This document shows, piece by piece, positions 40,545-49,522 of a stretch of 64,000 nt of DNA. The notes under the pieces are model-generated. The model was not told the origin of the DNA. It ran no database searches and worked only from the letters and a program-made list of their open reading frames with translations. The stretch is from Chloroflexota bacterium. GTDB lineage: Bacteria > Chloroflexota > UBA11872. The stretch covers positions 1,102,904-1,166,903 of the forward strand of contig OZ242271.1 of the NCBI GenBank assembly GCA_965207185.1. Direction: 5' to 3'. Made by a program: the position numbers and the translations under genes. The number at the start of each line of letters is the position of its first letter. Positions within the stretch are counted from its first letter, which is position 1.

Positions 40545-41041
40545 AGGAGTGCCATCTGTCCGGTAGGCGCATACAAGAAATTTGTACGGCGTGCAAACTC
40601 TTCCAAAGCCGACTGAAAGTCTGTGTACCCGTTGGTCGCCTCCGCATAACCGTCGATGGCGTGGCCCGCCTCCTGATAGCGTTCAGTTGCTAAATGCACA
40701 TGAAATACCGTCTGGATGACCGCATTCGAGTCGCCTCTCTCACTCTCAATTCTGTTGGTGTGTCGAGATGCGTGAAGCCCATTGCAGCGCAGTAGACGAT
40801 ATTCGACTCCATCGCGGTCGATGAATGTCAGGATGATCGAAAAATCGAGGCTATTGTGGTTGCTCTGTCGGGTGTCCACCCGATATTCGGCCCCTGAGGT
40901 CGACGTTACCTTGAGTGATCTCCGCTTGTGGCCGACTTCCTGACGACCTCGCGGCTGCAGACGACCGCGCCAATCCTGCGGCACGGGCTTCGGGTCGTTC
41001 AGAAGCCTGTCAATCTCCGCGTCGTCAAGTGTGCGAGCCAT
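40541..41041 (-). CDS. Hypothetical protein, DUF6978-like partner of DUF1828
   Basis: 'LLNDPK', 'DFSIIL', 'LLRCNG..H...HTN', 'FHVHLATERY'. ATGA overlap with the downstream gene. Confidence 0.68.
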   Translation of the reverse strand: MARTLDDAEIDRLLNDPKPVPQDWRGRLQPRGRQEVGHKRRSLKVTSTSGAEYRVDTRQSNHNSLDFSIILTFIDRDGVEYRLLRCNGLHASRHTNRIESERGDSNAVIQTVFHVHLATERYQEAGHAIDGYAEATNGYTDFQSALEEFARRTNFLYAPTGQMALL

Positions 41042-41334
41042 TTGGGCCGAAGGTTACTAGACAGAGGCCCTTCGAGTGACCTCATTCTTCTTGCGGAGCT
41101 GAACGGTCCTGAGACCCAACATGAGCTTCGATGACCGCGCGGAGGAGGTCCCGACGGCGCGAAGGAGGATCGGCCGCCGACCTCCCGCTGTCGGTCTCGT
41201 CGGCCCTGGCGGCAGGGGGATGCTCATGGCCGGGAGCTTGCGGGCGGCGATACGCCGTCCACGGGCAGCGAGGGCTCGGACAGCCGGTTCGCGGGGGTAC
41301 CGCGCCGCCGGAACCTGCCTCACACGGTCGAGTC

Positions 41335-41362
41335 ACACTACCATACAAAAAGCGAACGTCAA
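41335..41362 (-). promoter_or_regulatory. Sigma-70 promoter TTGACG-N16-TAGTGT (with TG extension)
   Basis: Near-consensus elements with an AT-rich spacer, pointing toward the DUF1828 dyad about 290 nt away. Confidence 0.6.
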
Positions 41363-41424
41363 CCGCCGAAGCCACCGCCCCGTCGCCGTTGCTACGATGC
41401 GGCACCAGCTTCAAGGTGAACCCC

Positions 41425-42294
41425 ATGGCCCGTCCCAAGGTTCTCGTCACCGGCGCCGCCGGCTATGTGGCGGCGCAGATGCTGCCCACCCTCCGCGAAC
41501 GCTACGACTGCACCCTCATCGACGTCGCCACCACCGACCGCAACGGGCAGGAAGTTCCCGGTGTGCAGGTCCAGAGCGTGCTGGTCGACGACCTCGACAC
41601 CCTGCGCCCGCTCTTCACCGGCTGTGACGCCGTCATTCACCTGGCCTTCATTCGTCGGACCGAGGACGTCCGCGAGCAGTTCGACGGCGAGATGGACAAC
41701 GTTCGCATGGCCTACAACGTCTTTCGGCTCTCGCTGGAGGAGAACGTGCGCCGGGTGGTGATGGCCAGTTCCAACCACGCCGCCGACTTCTATGAACACC
41801 TGCTGCGCAGCCGCGAGATGGACATGCTGCAAGCCACCAACGACATCCGGCCGCTCTCCGACAACTATTACGGCTGGGCCAAGGAGTCCTACGAGCACCT
41901 GGGCTTCGTCTTCGCCACCGGCACGCTGGGCCGCAAGCTGGAGAACGTGCATATCCGCATCGGCGCCCCGCGCGAGCTCGACCCCACCGAGCTGGCGGGC
42001 GACATCCAGGGCTACCCCGTCCGGCGCAACCTGGGCGCCTACATCAGTCCCCGTGATCTGACTCAGCTCTTCGTGAAGTCCATCGAGACCGAGAACATCG
42101 AGAACGAGTGGGGCATTCCCTGGCAAGTCTTCTACGGCATCTCCGACAACACCCGGTCCTTCTGGGGCCTTGAGAACGCCCGCCGCGTCATCGGCTACGC
42201 GCCGGAGGATGATTCGGAGGTCTCCTGGGCCAAAGACGTGTACGACAACCTCACGTCAAAGGGCGTAATCGGAAGGGTCGGCAAGGCGTCGTGA
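41425..42294 (+). CDS. NAD-dependent epimerase/dehydratase (uronate dehydrogenase-like extended SDR)
   Basis: 'VLVTGAAGYVA', 'ASSNH', YxxxK 'YGWAK', 'YGISDN...GYAPEDDSE'. Confidence 0.85.
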   Translation: MARPKVLVTGAAGYVAAQMLPTLRERYDCTLIDVATTDRNGQEVPGVQVQSVLVDDLDTLRPLFTGCDAVIHLAFIRRTEDVREQFDGEMDNVRMAYNVFRLSLEENVRRVVMASSNHAADFYEHLLRSREMDMLQATNDIRPLSDNYYGWAKESYEHLGFVFATGTLGRKLENVHIRIGAPRELDPTELAGDIQGYPVRRNLGAYISPRDLTQLFVKSIETENIENEWGIPWQVFYGISDNTRSFWGLENARRVIGYAPEDDSEVSWAKDVYDNLTSKGVIGRVGKAS

Positions 42295-43235
42295 GCGGCG
42301 AGAAGACCGTCGAACGCCGCTGGGAACGTTGCCGTCCCCAGCAGATCTGGGACGCCATGGCCGAGTTTCCGTGCGTCTACGTGCCGTCGGGACCGCTGGA
42401 GTGGCACGGCCTACAGAACGCCATCGGCCTCGACGCGGTGAAGTCGACCGCAATCTGCCGGCGGGCCGCCGACCGTACGGGCGGGCTGGTATTCCCCACC
42501 GTCTTCCTCGGTGCGCACGAAGTGCCCATGCCGCTCGGAATGCCCGTGGACCCCGACTTGATCGAGGCCAATGCCCTGATGGTGCTGAACTACCTGGCGC
42601 GCAATGGCGCGCGGGTCGTGATCTGGCTGGGCGGGCACGGCGGCAGCGAGGACTATCTGGCCTATCGCCGCGCCGCGCTCACCGCCATGCGGCAGGCGGA
42701 CCTCCTGGTGATGGCGTCCGTCGACGCGCATCTGCTGACCGACTTCGAGAAGCCAATGGACCATGCGGCCGCCATCGAAACCTCGATCATGATGTACCTC
42801 GAAGCCGACACGGTGGACTTGGCCGCGCTGGATCCGGCGCCCGACCAATGGCCCGAAGGCGTCGGCGGCGACGACCCGCGCACTCACGCCATCCGCGACA
42901 AGGGCGAACACTACGCCGAGGCCCTGATCGACCGTGTGGCAGCCGCTGCCCGTCGTCTGGCGGCCCTGGACGACCCCGTCGAGCGCCGCAAGCACATCCG
43001 CTGCGTGGCGCAGCAGGTGGCCGTGGACGACCTGGTCGTCTATGCGCGCGCCAACCTCGCGTCGGCGCATTCGCCCAACAAGACGCCGGACGACTCCTGG
43101 GACGAACACCTGGAGGCCTATCTCCTGGGCGACTACGACCGCGCCCTCGCGGCTGGAAGCAAGTCGATCGAGGCCGCCCGCCTGACCACAGCCGGCCGCC
43201 GTCCCGCCGGACGCGAGGACGAACGAATCGTCTAA
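42291..43235 (+). CDS. Creatininase family amidohydrolase
   Basis: 'GPLEWHG', 'GHGG', 'DHAAAIETS'. Confidence 0.85.
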   Translation: MSGEKTVERRWERCRPQQIWDAMAEFPCVYVPSGPLEWHGLQNAIGLDAVKSTAICRRAADRTGGLVFPTVFLGAHEVPMPLGMPVDPDLIEANALMVLNYLARNGARVVIWLGGHGGSEDYLAYRRAALTAMRQADLLVMASVDAHLLTDFEKPMDHAAAIETSIMMYLEADTVDLAALDPAPDQWPEGVGGDDPRTHAIRDKGEHYAEALIDRVAAAARRLAALDDPVERRKHIRCVAQQVAVDDLVVYARANLASAHSPNKTPDDSWDEHLEAYLLGDYDRALAAGSKSIEAARLTTAGRRPAGREDERIV

Positions 43236-43405
43236 TTTGGCCCACGCGATGTTTTGGTCAGTTGTAGCAGAGCCGAACCACAAGGCAGATTCGCACGGCC
43301 TCACGCTCCGCTCGGGCTGACGCAGGCCGACTAAGGTCGCATTTGGCGTACGAAGCTGACCGTAATCTACAGGCTACTTGACCCAATCTTCTGGACAGTG
43401 GCTGC

Positions 43406-45448
43406 CTAGAACGGCAAGTCATCAGGAGAAATTGAGTCACCAAGCTCACACTTACTCAACGATGTTGAAGGTGCCCGACGTCTTGGCGAGAGATCGCTGG
43501 GCGGAATCGGTAGGTTATCTGAGCAAGCTTCGCAGCGACCTTTGATGGAATCGACCAACGACGTCTCGGCAATGCTAAATAATGCCGCGTCCCGTGCCAG
43601 GGCACGAGCGAGAGCACTCTCGTAGACACCTGCATGCACGGGGAGGTCCCCGTACCACTCACGGTGTGGATCCAGTGCGCACAGGGCGTCAACGACTCGA
43701 GCATTTTTCTCATATCGGATCAGCGCCAGGGAGAGGGCTGCTTTACTCAACGCGGCCGCGGCGTGCGCGGAAGGACTGTTGATGTAGATCTCGATGCGGC
43801 GATCTAGGTCAGTGAGCGCACATTGATTGCCTGCGTTATCTCCGGCCATCGCTAGGGCAGCAGCGCGTAGAGCGGTATGCGGAACCTTGGTCATACGGAG
43901 GGCAGCTCCACAGAGCGCACATTTTCTCGCAATGGCACTCGCCAAGTGTTCGATAACGACTTCCCTCCTACGCCTATACTCAAACTCGTGTGGCACTGCA
44001 CATCCAACGCACCGCACGAACTGCCTGTCCCAATAACTAATGTCCAAACCACAGTCAACACACTTCCGATCCTCAGCCTTCTCGTCTATGTAGTCTCGGC
44101 TCGACTCGGTATAAGCGGCCAACTCGGCGTATGCCGCAGATATATCTTCGGAGGTTATCCTCCCTTCTAGTACAGAGATATACGAGACTCCCGACTCGTT
44201 TGTCCCGGTAATGGATTGGTCAAATACATCCAAAGTGTGAAGGGCGATGAAGTGGTCAGAATCGACTTTGAAGTGGGAAGGCTTGGTGCTCCTGAATAGC
44301 CCTGATTCGCTAGAGATTGCTGCCAACTCTGCAGAAGCTTGATCGGCGGCATCGAGGGTGTCCAAGCCGCGGCGAACGGACCAAACTAAGGCAGTATCAG
44401 CATCGGCAGGAGTAAGTGGTCCTGATTCCTCGTCGAGTTGGCGCCGAATGACAGACTGATATTCCAGTACTTCGAAGAGTAGATCCGGGTCATCTTGCAC
44501 TGATGATTCACCCGCGACCGGGGCGGACGGTATCTCACCTACTTGTCTGCCGACTCCGCGCGCAGCGAAGGCCGCCGCGGCGAGGGCTTCACGGAGGTCC
44601 ACGAAGGTGTCCGCCCATGCCATTCTGACTTCGGCGATACGCTTTGCGGCACTGTTTGCTGATGCCAGAGCATTGATTAGGTCGGCAGCGCATGCTGCGA
44701 CCCAGTCCGGTTTGGCGTCAGAGTCCGCGTATTCAACGCGGGCGGTGACTCGGCGGTTGATGTCGCCGACAGCGCCGTAGACGGCCTCCAAAGCGTCCGC
44801 CAGTCTGGTAGTCGCTAGTGCGCGACCGACGTCAAAGGATGCTTGCCGAATGTCTCGATGGACGACCTTGCCTATTTGACTGGCCCAAACCGCAAGGTGC
44901 GTGTCACTCAGGCTGCGAACCTCCTTGACCGTCTCGAGTTCAGCGCGAGCGTCGGCCAAGGCCTTCAAGACGGCCTTGCGATCCAGAACCTGCAAAGCCG
45001 CCACATCGTTTATGGCATCCATCGCGGCGGCCAGAGCGCGATCCGCATCGTCCCATGCCTGATCGGCGGTGTGGAGTCGACCGAGGGCCGGGGCAGCAGC
45101 GCGTAGATCGGAATCGCTGAAACTCGGGTTGCCCGCGTCGGAAGCGAGGATTTCAGCGGACCTAGTCGCATCAACGATTCCGACAGCCCGTGCAGCACTG
45201 GGTTCCGCGTTGGCCAGGGCACGAGTTGCGGCATTGCGAAGGTCAGAGGGCGCCGACAAGTCGGGGTCACACCCTTGCCGCCTTGGCGATTCACCTGCCT
45301 CCAGACGTAGCGAGTCGCCGCAGTGCGGACAGGCAGTAGCCGATGGCTCGAAGGTGCGTAGCGAGGCTACACGGGGAGTCTCTTTATCCGCCGTGGATAT
45401 GACCAAATTCAGGTCTTCGCCGCACCGTGGACACGCAGCAGCACCCAT
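43406..45448 (-). CDS. Hypothetical 680-aa protein with multiple CxxC pairs, helical core, C-terminal DDLPF
   Basis: Long ORF in a lower-GC tract with no competing long ORF. It contains CPRC, CPHC, CVDC, CVGC, CALC and CEAC. Confidence 0.7.
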   Translation of the reverse strand: MGAAACPRCGEDLNLVISTADKETPRVASLRTFEPSATACPHCGDSLRLEAGESPRRQGCDPDLSAPSDLRNAATRALANAEPSAARAVGIVDATRSAEILASDAGNPSFSDSDLRAAAPALGRLHTADQAWDDADRALAAAMDAINDVAALQVLDRKAVLKALADARAELETVKEVRSLSDTHLAVWASQIGKVVHRDIRQASFDVGRALATTRLADALEAVYGAVGDINRRVTARVEYADSDAKPDWVAACAADLINALASANSAAKRIAEVRMAWADTFVDLREALAAAAFAARGVGRQVGEIPSAPVAGESSVQDDPDLLFEVLEYQSVIRRQLDEESGPLTPADADTALVWSVRRGLDTLDAADQASAELAAISSESGLFRSTKPSHFKVDSDHFIALHTLDVFDQSITGTNESGVSYISVLEGRITSEDISAAYAELAAYTESSRDYIDEKAEDRKCVDCGLDISYWDRQFVRCVGCAVPHEFEYRRRREVVIEHLASAIARKCALCGAALRMTKVPHTALRAAALAMAGDNAGNQCALTDLDRRIEIYINSPSAHAAAALSKAALSLALIRYEKNARVVDALCALDPHREWYGDLPVHAGVYESALARALARDAALFSIAETSLVDSIKGRCEACSDNLPIPPSDLSPRRRAPSTSLSKCELGDSISPDDLPF

Positions 45449-45869
45449 TAGGTACGTGACTGGGCGTCAGTGAAGTCTGCGCGGCGCGAAACGTAGCAGA
45501 GTTGAGTGGCTCCACACCTCATCAGCGGAGGCGCCGTTCGCTGCGGTTCAAGAAGGACAAGAATGAGTTGCGCCTTGCGGCACTTCCTAAAGCAGAGGGC
45601 GGACAAAGCATCGGACCGCGATTGAGCCAGCGGCAACAGTATGGCAATTTCAGCCGCATGCAGCGGGATGAATCCAACAGGGTCGCCCATGTAGCCGCCG
45701 TCCCACCGGATTCGACGGCGAACGCATCGTCTGATTTTGCCCACAGTCGGGTTCGGTCGAATAAGATAGGGGCGCCCCAAGAGGCGAATCCGCACCGACC
45801 CGGACATTTAGGCCCGCACTAGCCGCGCGCCGCAGCGTCGACACCGACCACAGGAGCCAGACGACCGCC

Positions 45870-47468
45870 ATGGCAAGCGACAAGAACCTCGACGACCTCG
45901 GCCTCACGCACACCGGTGACATCCACTGGAACCTCTCCACCGCAGCCCTCTACGAACACGCGGTGCGAAACGGCGAGGCCGAACTCTGCAGCCACGGCCC
46001 GTTGGTTGCCATGACCACCCCGCACACCGGCCGCTCGCCCAGCGACAAGTGGGTCGTCCAGGACGCCGGGAACGAGGGCGAAGTCTGGTGGGGTCCCAAC
46101 AACCAGCCGTTCGACGAGGCCAAGTTCGAGCCGCTGTTCGCCCGCGCCCGCGCCTTCGCGCAGGGCCGCGACCTGTACGTGCAGGATCTCTACGCTGGCG
46201 CCGACGCCCGCTACCGGCTACCTGTGCGCTTCGTCACGGCGTATGCCTGGCATAGCTTGTTTGTCCGCAGCTTGTTCATTCACCCCACGGCCGAGGAACT
46301 GGAGAATCACGACCCGCAGTTCACGGTTGTGAACCTGGCGCCGTTCCAGGCCGACCCGGCCGTGGACGGCACCGGCTCCGAGACCTTCATCGTCGTCAAC
46401 TTCGCCCGCAAGCTGGTCGTGATCGGCGGGACGCGCTACGCCGGCGAGAACAAGAAGTCCATCTTCACGGTCATGAACTACCTGCTGCCCCAGCAGGGCG
46501 TGCTGCCCATGCACTGCTCGGCCAACGTGGGATCGGACGGCGAGACGGCCCTGTTCTTCGGCCTGTCGGGCACCGGCAAGACCACCCTCTCCATGGACCC
46601 CGCCCGTCCGCTCATCGGCGACGACGAGCACGGCTGGAGCGACGTGGGCATCTTCAATTTCGAGGGCGGCTGCTACGCCAAGACCATCAAGCTCTCGGCC
46701 GAGAACGAGCCCGAGATTTACGCCACCACCCGCCAGTTCGGCACCGTGCTCGAAAACGTGCCGATGGACCCGGACACCCGGCTGGTGGACCTGGACTCCG
46801 AAGAGATCACCGAGAACACCCGCGGCGCCTACCCGCTCACGCAGTTGACCAACGTGGTTCCCGACGGCCTCGGCCGCCACCCGCGGAACGTCGTGTTCCT
46901 GGCTGCCGACGCCTTTGGCGTGCTGCCGCCCATCTCGCGGCTCACGCGCGACCAGGCCATGTACCACTTCCTGCTGGGCTACACCGCCCGCGTGGCCGGC
47001 ACCGAGCGCGGCGTCACCGAGCCTGAAGCCACCTTCAGCGCCTGCTTTGGCGCGCCGTTCCTGCCGCGTCCGCCCAGCGTCTACGCCGAAATGCTGGGCG
47101 AGAAGCTGGACGAACACGGTTCGGCCGTCTGGCTGGTCAACACCGGTTGGACCGGCGGTCCGGCCGGCGAGAGCGACCGCATCTCGCTGCCCTACACCCG
47201 GGCCATCCTCGGCGCCGCCCTCTCAGGCGATCTGGACGACGTGCCCTACGTGACCGACGAGATCTTCGGCCTCCAGGTCCCTACCGCGTGCCCCGGCGTG
47301 CCCGCCGAAGTGCTGGACGCCCGCGGCCAGTGGTCGGACCCGGCCCGCTACGACGCCCAGGCCACCGAACTCGCCGCCCTCATGCACAACGCCTTCAAGC
47401 CCTTCGCCGCCGGCGTCTCAGCCGCCGTCCGCGATGCGGCTCCCCTTGCGGCACGGTCAAGCGCCTAG
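45870..47468 (+). CDS. pckA: Phosphoenolpyruvate carboxykinase (ATP)
   Basis: 'TGRSP', 'YAGENKK', 'MHCSAN', 'GLSGTGKTT', 'LIGDDEHGW', 'NTGW'. Confidence 0.97.
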   Translation: MASDKNLDDLGLTHTGDIHWNLSTAALYEHAVRNGEAELCSHGPLVAMTTPHTGRSPSDKWVVQDAGNEGEVWWGPNNQPFDEAKFEPLFARARAFAQGRDLYVQDLYAGADARYRLPVRFVTAYAWHSLFVRSLFIHPTAEELENHDPQFTVVNLAPFQADPAVDGTGSETFIVVNFARKLVVIGGTRYAGENKKSIFTVMNYLLPQQGVLPMHCSANVGSDGETALFFGLSGTGKTTLSMDPARPLIGDDEHGWSDVGIFNFEGGCYAKTIKLSAENEPEIYATTRQFGTVLENVPMDPDTRLVDLDSEEITENTRGAYPLTQLTNVVPDGLGRHPRNVVFLAADAFGVLPPISRLTRDQAMYHFLLGYTARVAGTERGVTEPEATFSACFGAPFLPRPPSVYAEMLGEKLDEHGSAVWLVNTGWTGGPAGESDRISLPYTRAILGAALSGDLDDVPYVTDEIFGLQVPTACPGVPAEVLDARGQWSDPARYDAQATELAALMHNAFKPFAAGVSAAVRDAAPLAARSSA

Positions 47469-47597
47469 CGCACACACCACGCCGGTCATCCCTGTCGCCG
47501 TTGGAGACCGAGTCCGTGGCGTCGCGTCGCGTAGGATTGAGTCGTCCAAGCGCTTGCCCCTTCCGTGCGGGCATGGCAGCGCCATAGCGGTAAACCG

Positions 47598-48803
47598 ATG
47601 CTCACGCACATAGAGATCGAGGGATTCAAGAGCTTCGGCACGCCTGCCGCTACGGTCGATGTCACACCGTTAACCTTCCTTGTCGGCCCCAACGCCTCCG
47701 GCAAGTCGAACTTCCTGGCCGCGCTCGAGTTCCTCCAAACGGCCGTGAGACACGACGTCGAGACGGCGGTCACTGAGTTCGGCGGCGTTTCGGAGGTATG
47801 GAACAAACGCCTGCGCGAGCAGGACCCGTCCGCTCCGTTACGCATCCGCATCCGTGACGAAGGGTCTGAGGATCTCGGGTCGTACGCGTTCGACAATCAC
47901 CGACTCGACGCCTACGACTACGAGCTGGCTTTAGAAGCGCAGCCCAACGGCGGACAGTTCAAGGTTGAATCAGAGCGCCTGACCGCCGAGATCAGCAATA
48001 GCCAAGGCAAGCAGATCTCATACGAAGTTTATCGGCGTGCAAACACACTGGAAGTTACCAGTGACCTAACTAATCCGAGTTTTAACAGCACGTCTACAAT
48101 GAATATACCCCAGCCTGCTTCTGGACGTTTGATTCCTAACTTATCAATCGATGTGGTTCCGATCATACTACGTGGCAGGATACTGAACTGGAAGTTCTAT
48201 CATATAAACGCCGCCACGGCGCGCCAAGCCTACCGCGAGATCCCCTGGACTGGCCTCGGCCGATCAGGAGAGAATCTGTCGGTCGCTCTCAATCAATGGA
48301 AACGCCAGGACGGAAAGGCGCTTGCAGCGGCGGAGGCGGCCCTACGCGGGATGGTTCCTGGGTTCGCCAGGTTGCACCCTGTCTCCACCGGCGAGAAACT
48401 TTCGTTTCAGGTGGAAGAAGACAACGTCACCGACAGGTTTGATCCTGACTCCGTCTCCGACGGAACCGTGCGCCTGCTTGCGTTGCTCACGATCACATTG
48501 AACATCGCTCCCGGAGAATTGGTTGCGATCGAAGAGCCGGAGAATGGCCTGCACCCGCATCTCATTCCCGAGATCGCGGAGCACTTTAGGTACTGTACGG
48601 ATGAAGGTGCGCAGGTGTTCGCGACCACCCACAATCCGAACTTTCTGGATGAAGTCTCGCCGAACGAAGTCTTTCTGTGTACCAAAGTTGACGGGTTCAC
48701 ACGGTTGGTGCAGGTAGCGTCGCAGCCAGAGGTTGAAGTATTTAGACGTTCGTTTTCGCTTGGCGAGTTGTGGGAACAGGGCGCTATGGGGGGAGTGCCC
48801 TGA
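47598..48803 (+). CDS. ABC-type ATPase (AAA_21/AAA_15-like)
   Basis: 'IEIEGFKSF', Walker A 'GPNASGKSN', signature 'VSDGT', Walker B 'IEEPENGLHP', H-loop 'TTHN', 'LGELW'. Confidence 0.9.
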   Translation: MLTHIEIEGFKSFGTPAATVDVTPLTFLVGPNASGKSNFLAALEFLQTAVRHDVETAVTEFGGVSEVWNKRLREQDPSAPLRIRIRDEGSEDLGSYAFDNHRLDAYDYELALEAQPNGGQFKVESERLTAEISNSQGKQISYEVYRRANTLEVTSDLTNPSFNSTSTMNIPQPASGRLIPNLSIDVVPIILRGRILNWKFYHINAATARQAYREIPWTGLGRSGENLSVALNQWKRQDGKALAAAEAALRGMVPGFARLHPVSTGEKLSFQVEEDNVTDRFDPDSVSDGTVRLLALLTITLNIAPGELVAIEEPENGLHPHLIPEIAEHFRYCTDEGAQVFATTHNPNFLDEVSPNEVFLCTKVDGFTRLVQVASQPEVEVFRRSFSLGELWEQGAMGGVP

Positions 48804-49384
48804 CGATTGGCGTGTGCGTCGAAGGTCGATCAGACTTAGCCTTCTGGGAGACGGTTCTCCACCGCGAGTTCCTTGGCGTGAGATTCGACATCAAGGCGCT
48901 GAAAGGACGCCCGAAGCTGGTGGCGCGAGCCGCCGAGTTGGTCGATGGATTTAGGAGTCTGCACTATCCACTCTCAATCATCCTCGTTGACCGCAACTCG
49001 GATCCCTGCGTAACGGCGACCGTTCAGGCGTTTGACCAAGAAGTCATCGCAGCGGCGCGCACGCCGATCGGCAAGCGGAATGTCTTCGTCTGCGTAGCGG
49101 TTGCCGAACTTGAGTCGTGGTACCTCGCCGACGAAGAAGCCGTACGACACGCCATACCGGGGGCCTCATTCAGCGCGCCGCCAGAGACCGGCCTGGTCGG
49201 TGCCGAGCGCGCAATTCGTCGCCTTTGGCGAGAAACGGGCCACGAGGGACCGCCGGGCGGCGGGAAGCTCGGACTTGCCCGCGCTGTCGCACAACGATTC
49301 GACCCGGAAAGAGCAAAACGTCACTCCGCATCCTTCGCATACTTCTGGAACCGGGTTAAGTCAGCCATCCACGCAGCGTCCTGA
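48800..49384 (+). CDS. DUF4276-like (TOPRIM-like) protein; probable CTG start overlapping the ATPase stop
   Basis: 'CVEGRSD', 'LVDRNSD', 'ELESWYLAD', 'K', 'HSASF'. Confidence 0.78.
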   Translation: MTIGVCVEGRSDLAFWETVLHREFLGVRFDIKALKGRPKLVARAAELVDGFRSLHYPLSIILVDRNSDPCVTATVQAFDQEVIAAARTPIGKRNVFVCVAVAELESWYLADEEAVRHAIPGASFSAPPETGLVGAERAIRRLWRETGHEGPPGGGKLGLARAVAQRFDPERAKRHSASFAYFWNRVKSAIHAAS

Positions 49385-49522
49385 AGCGCGATCGTTGAAG
49401 GACCACCCTCGCGCCTCCCCCGAAAGCGTCTGTCAGCGTGAAGTGTCTCCAACTCCGCGTTTGACAAGCCGTCGCTGGTTGCTTCCAATACTGAGGCTGG
49501 AACCTTTGTGGCAATACACCGA

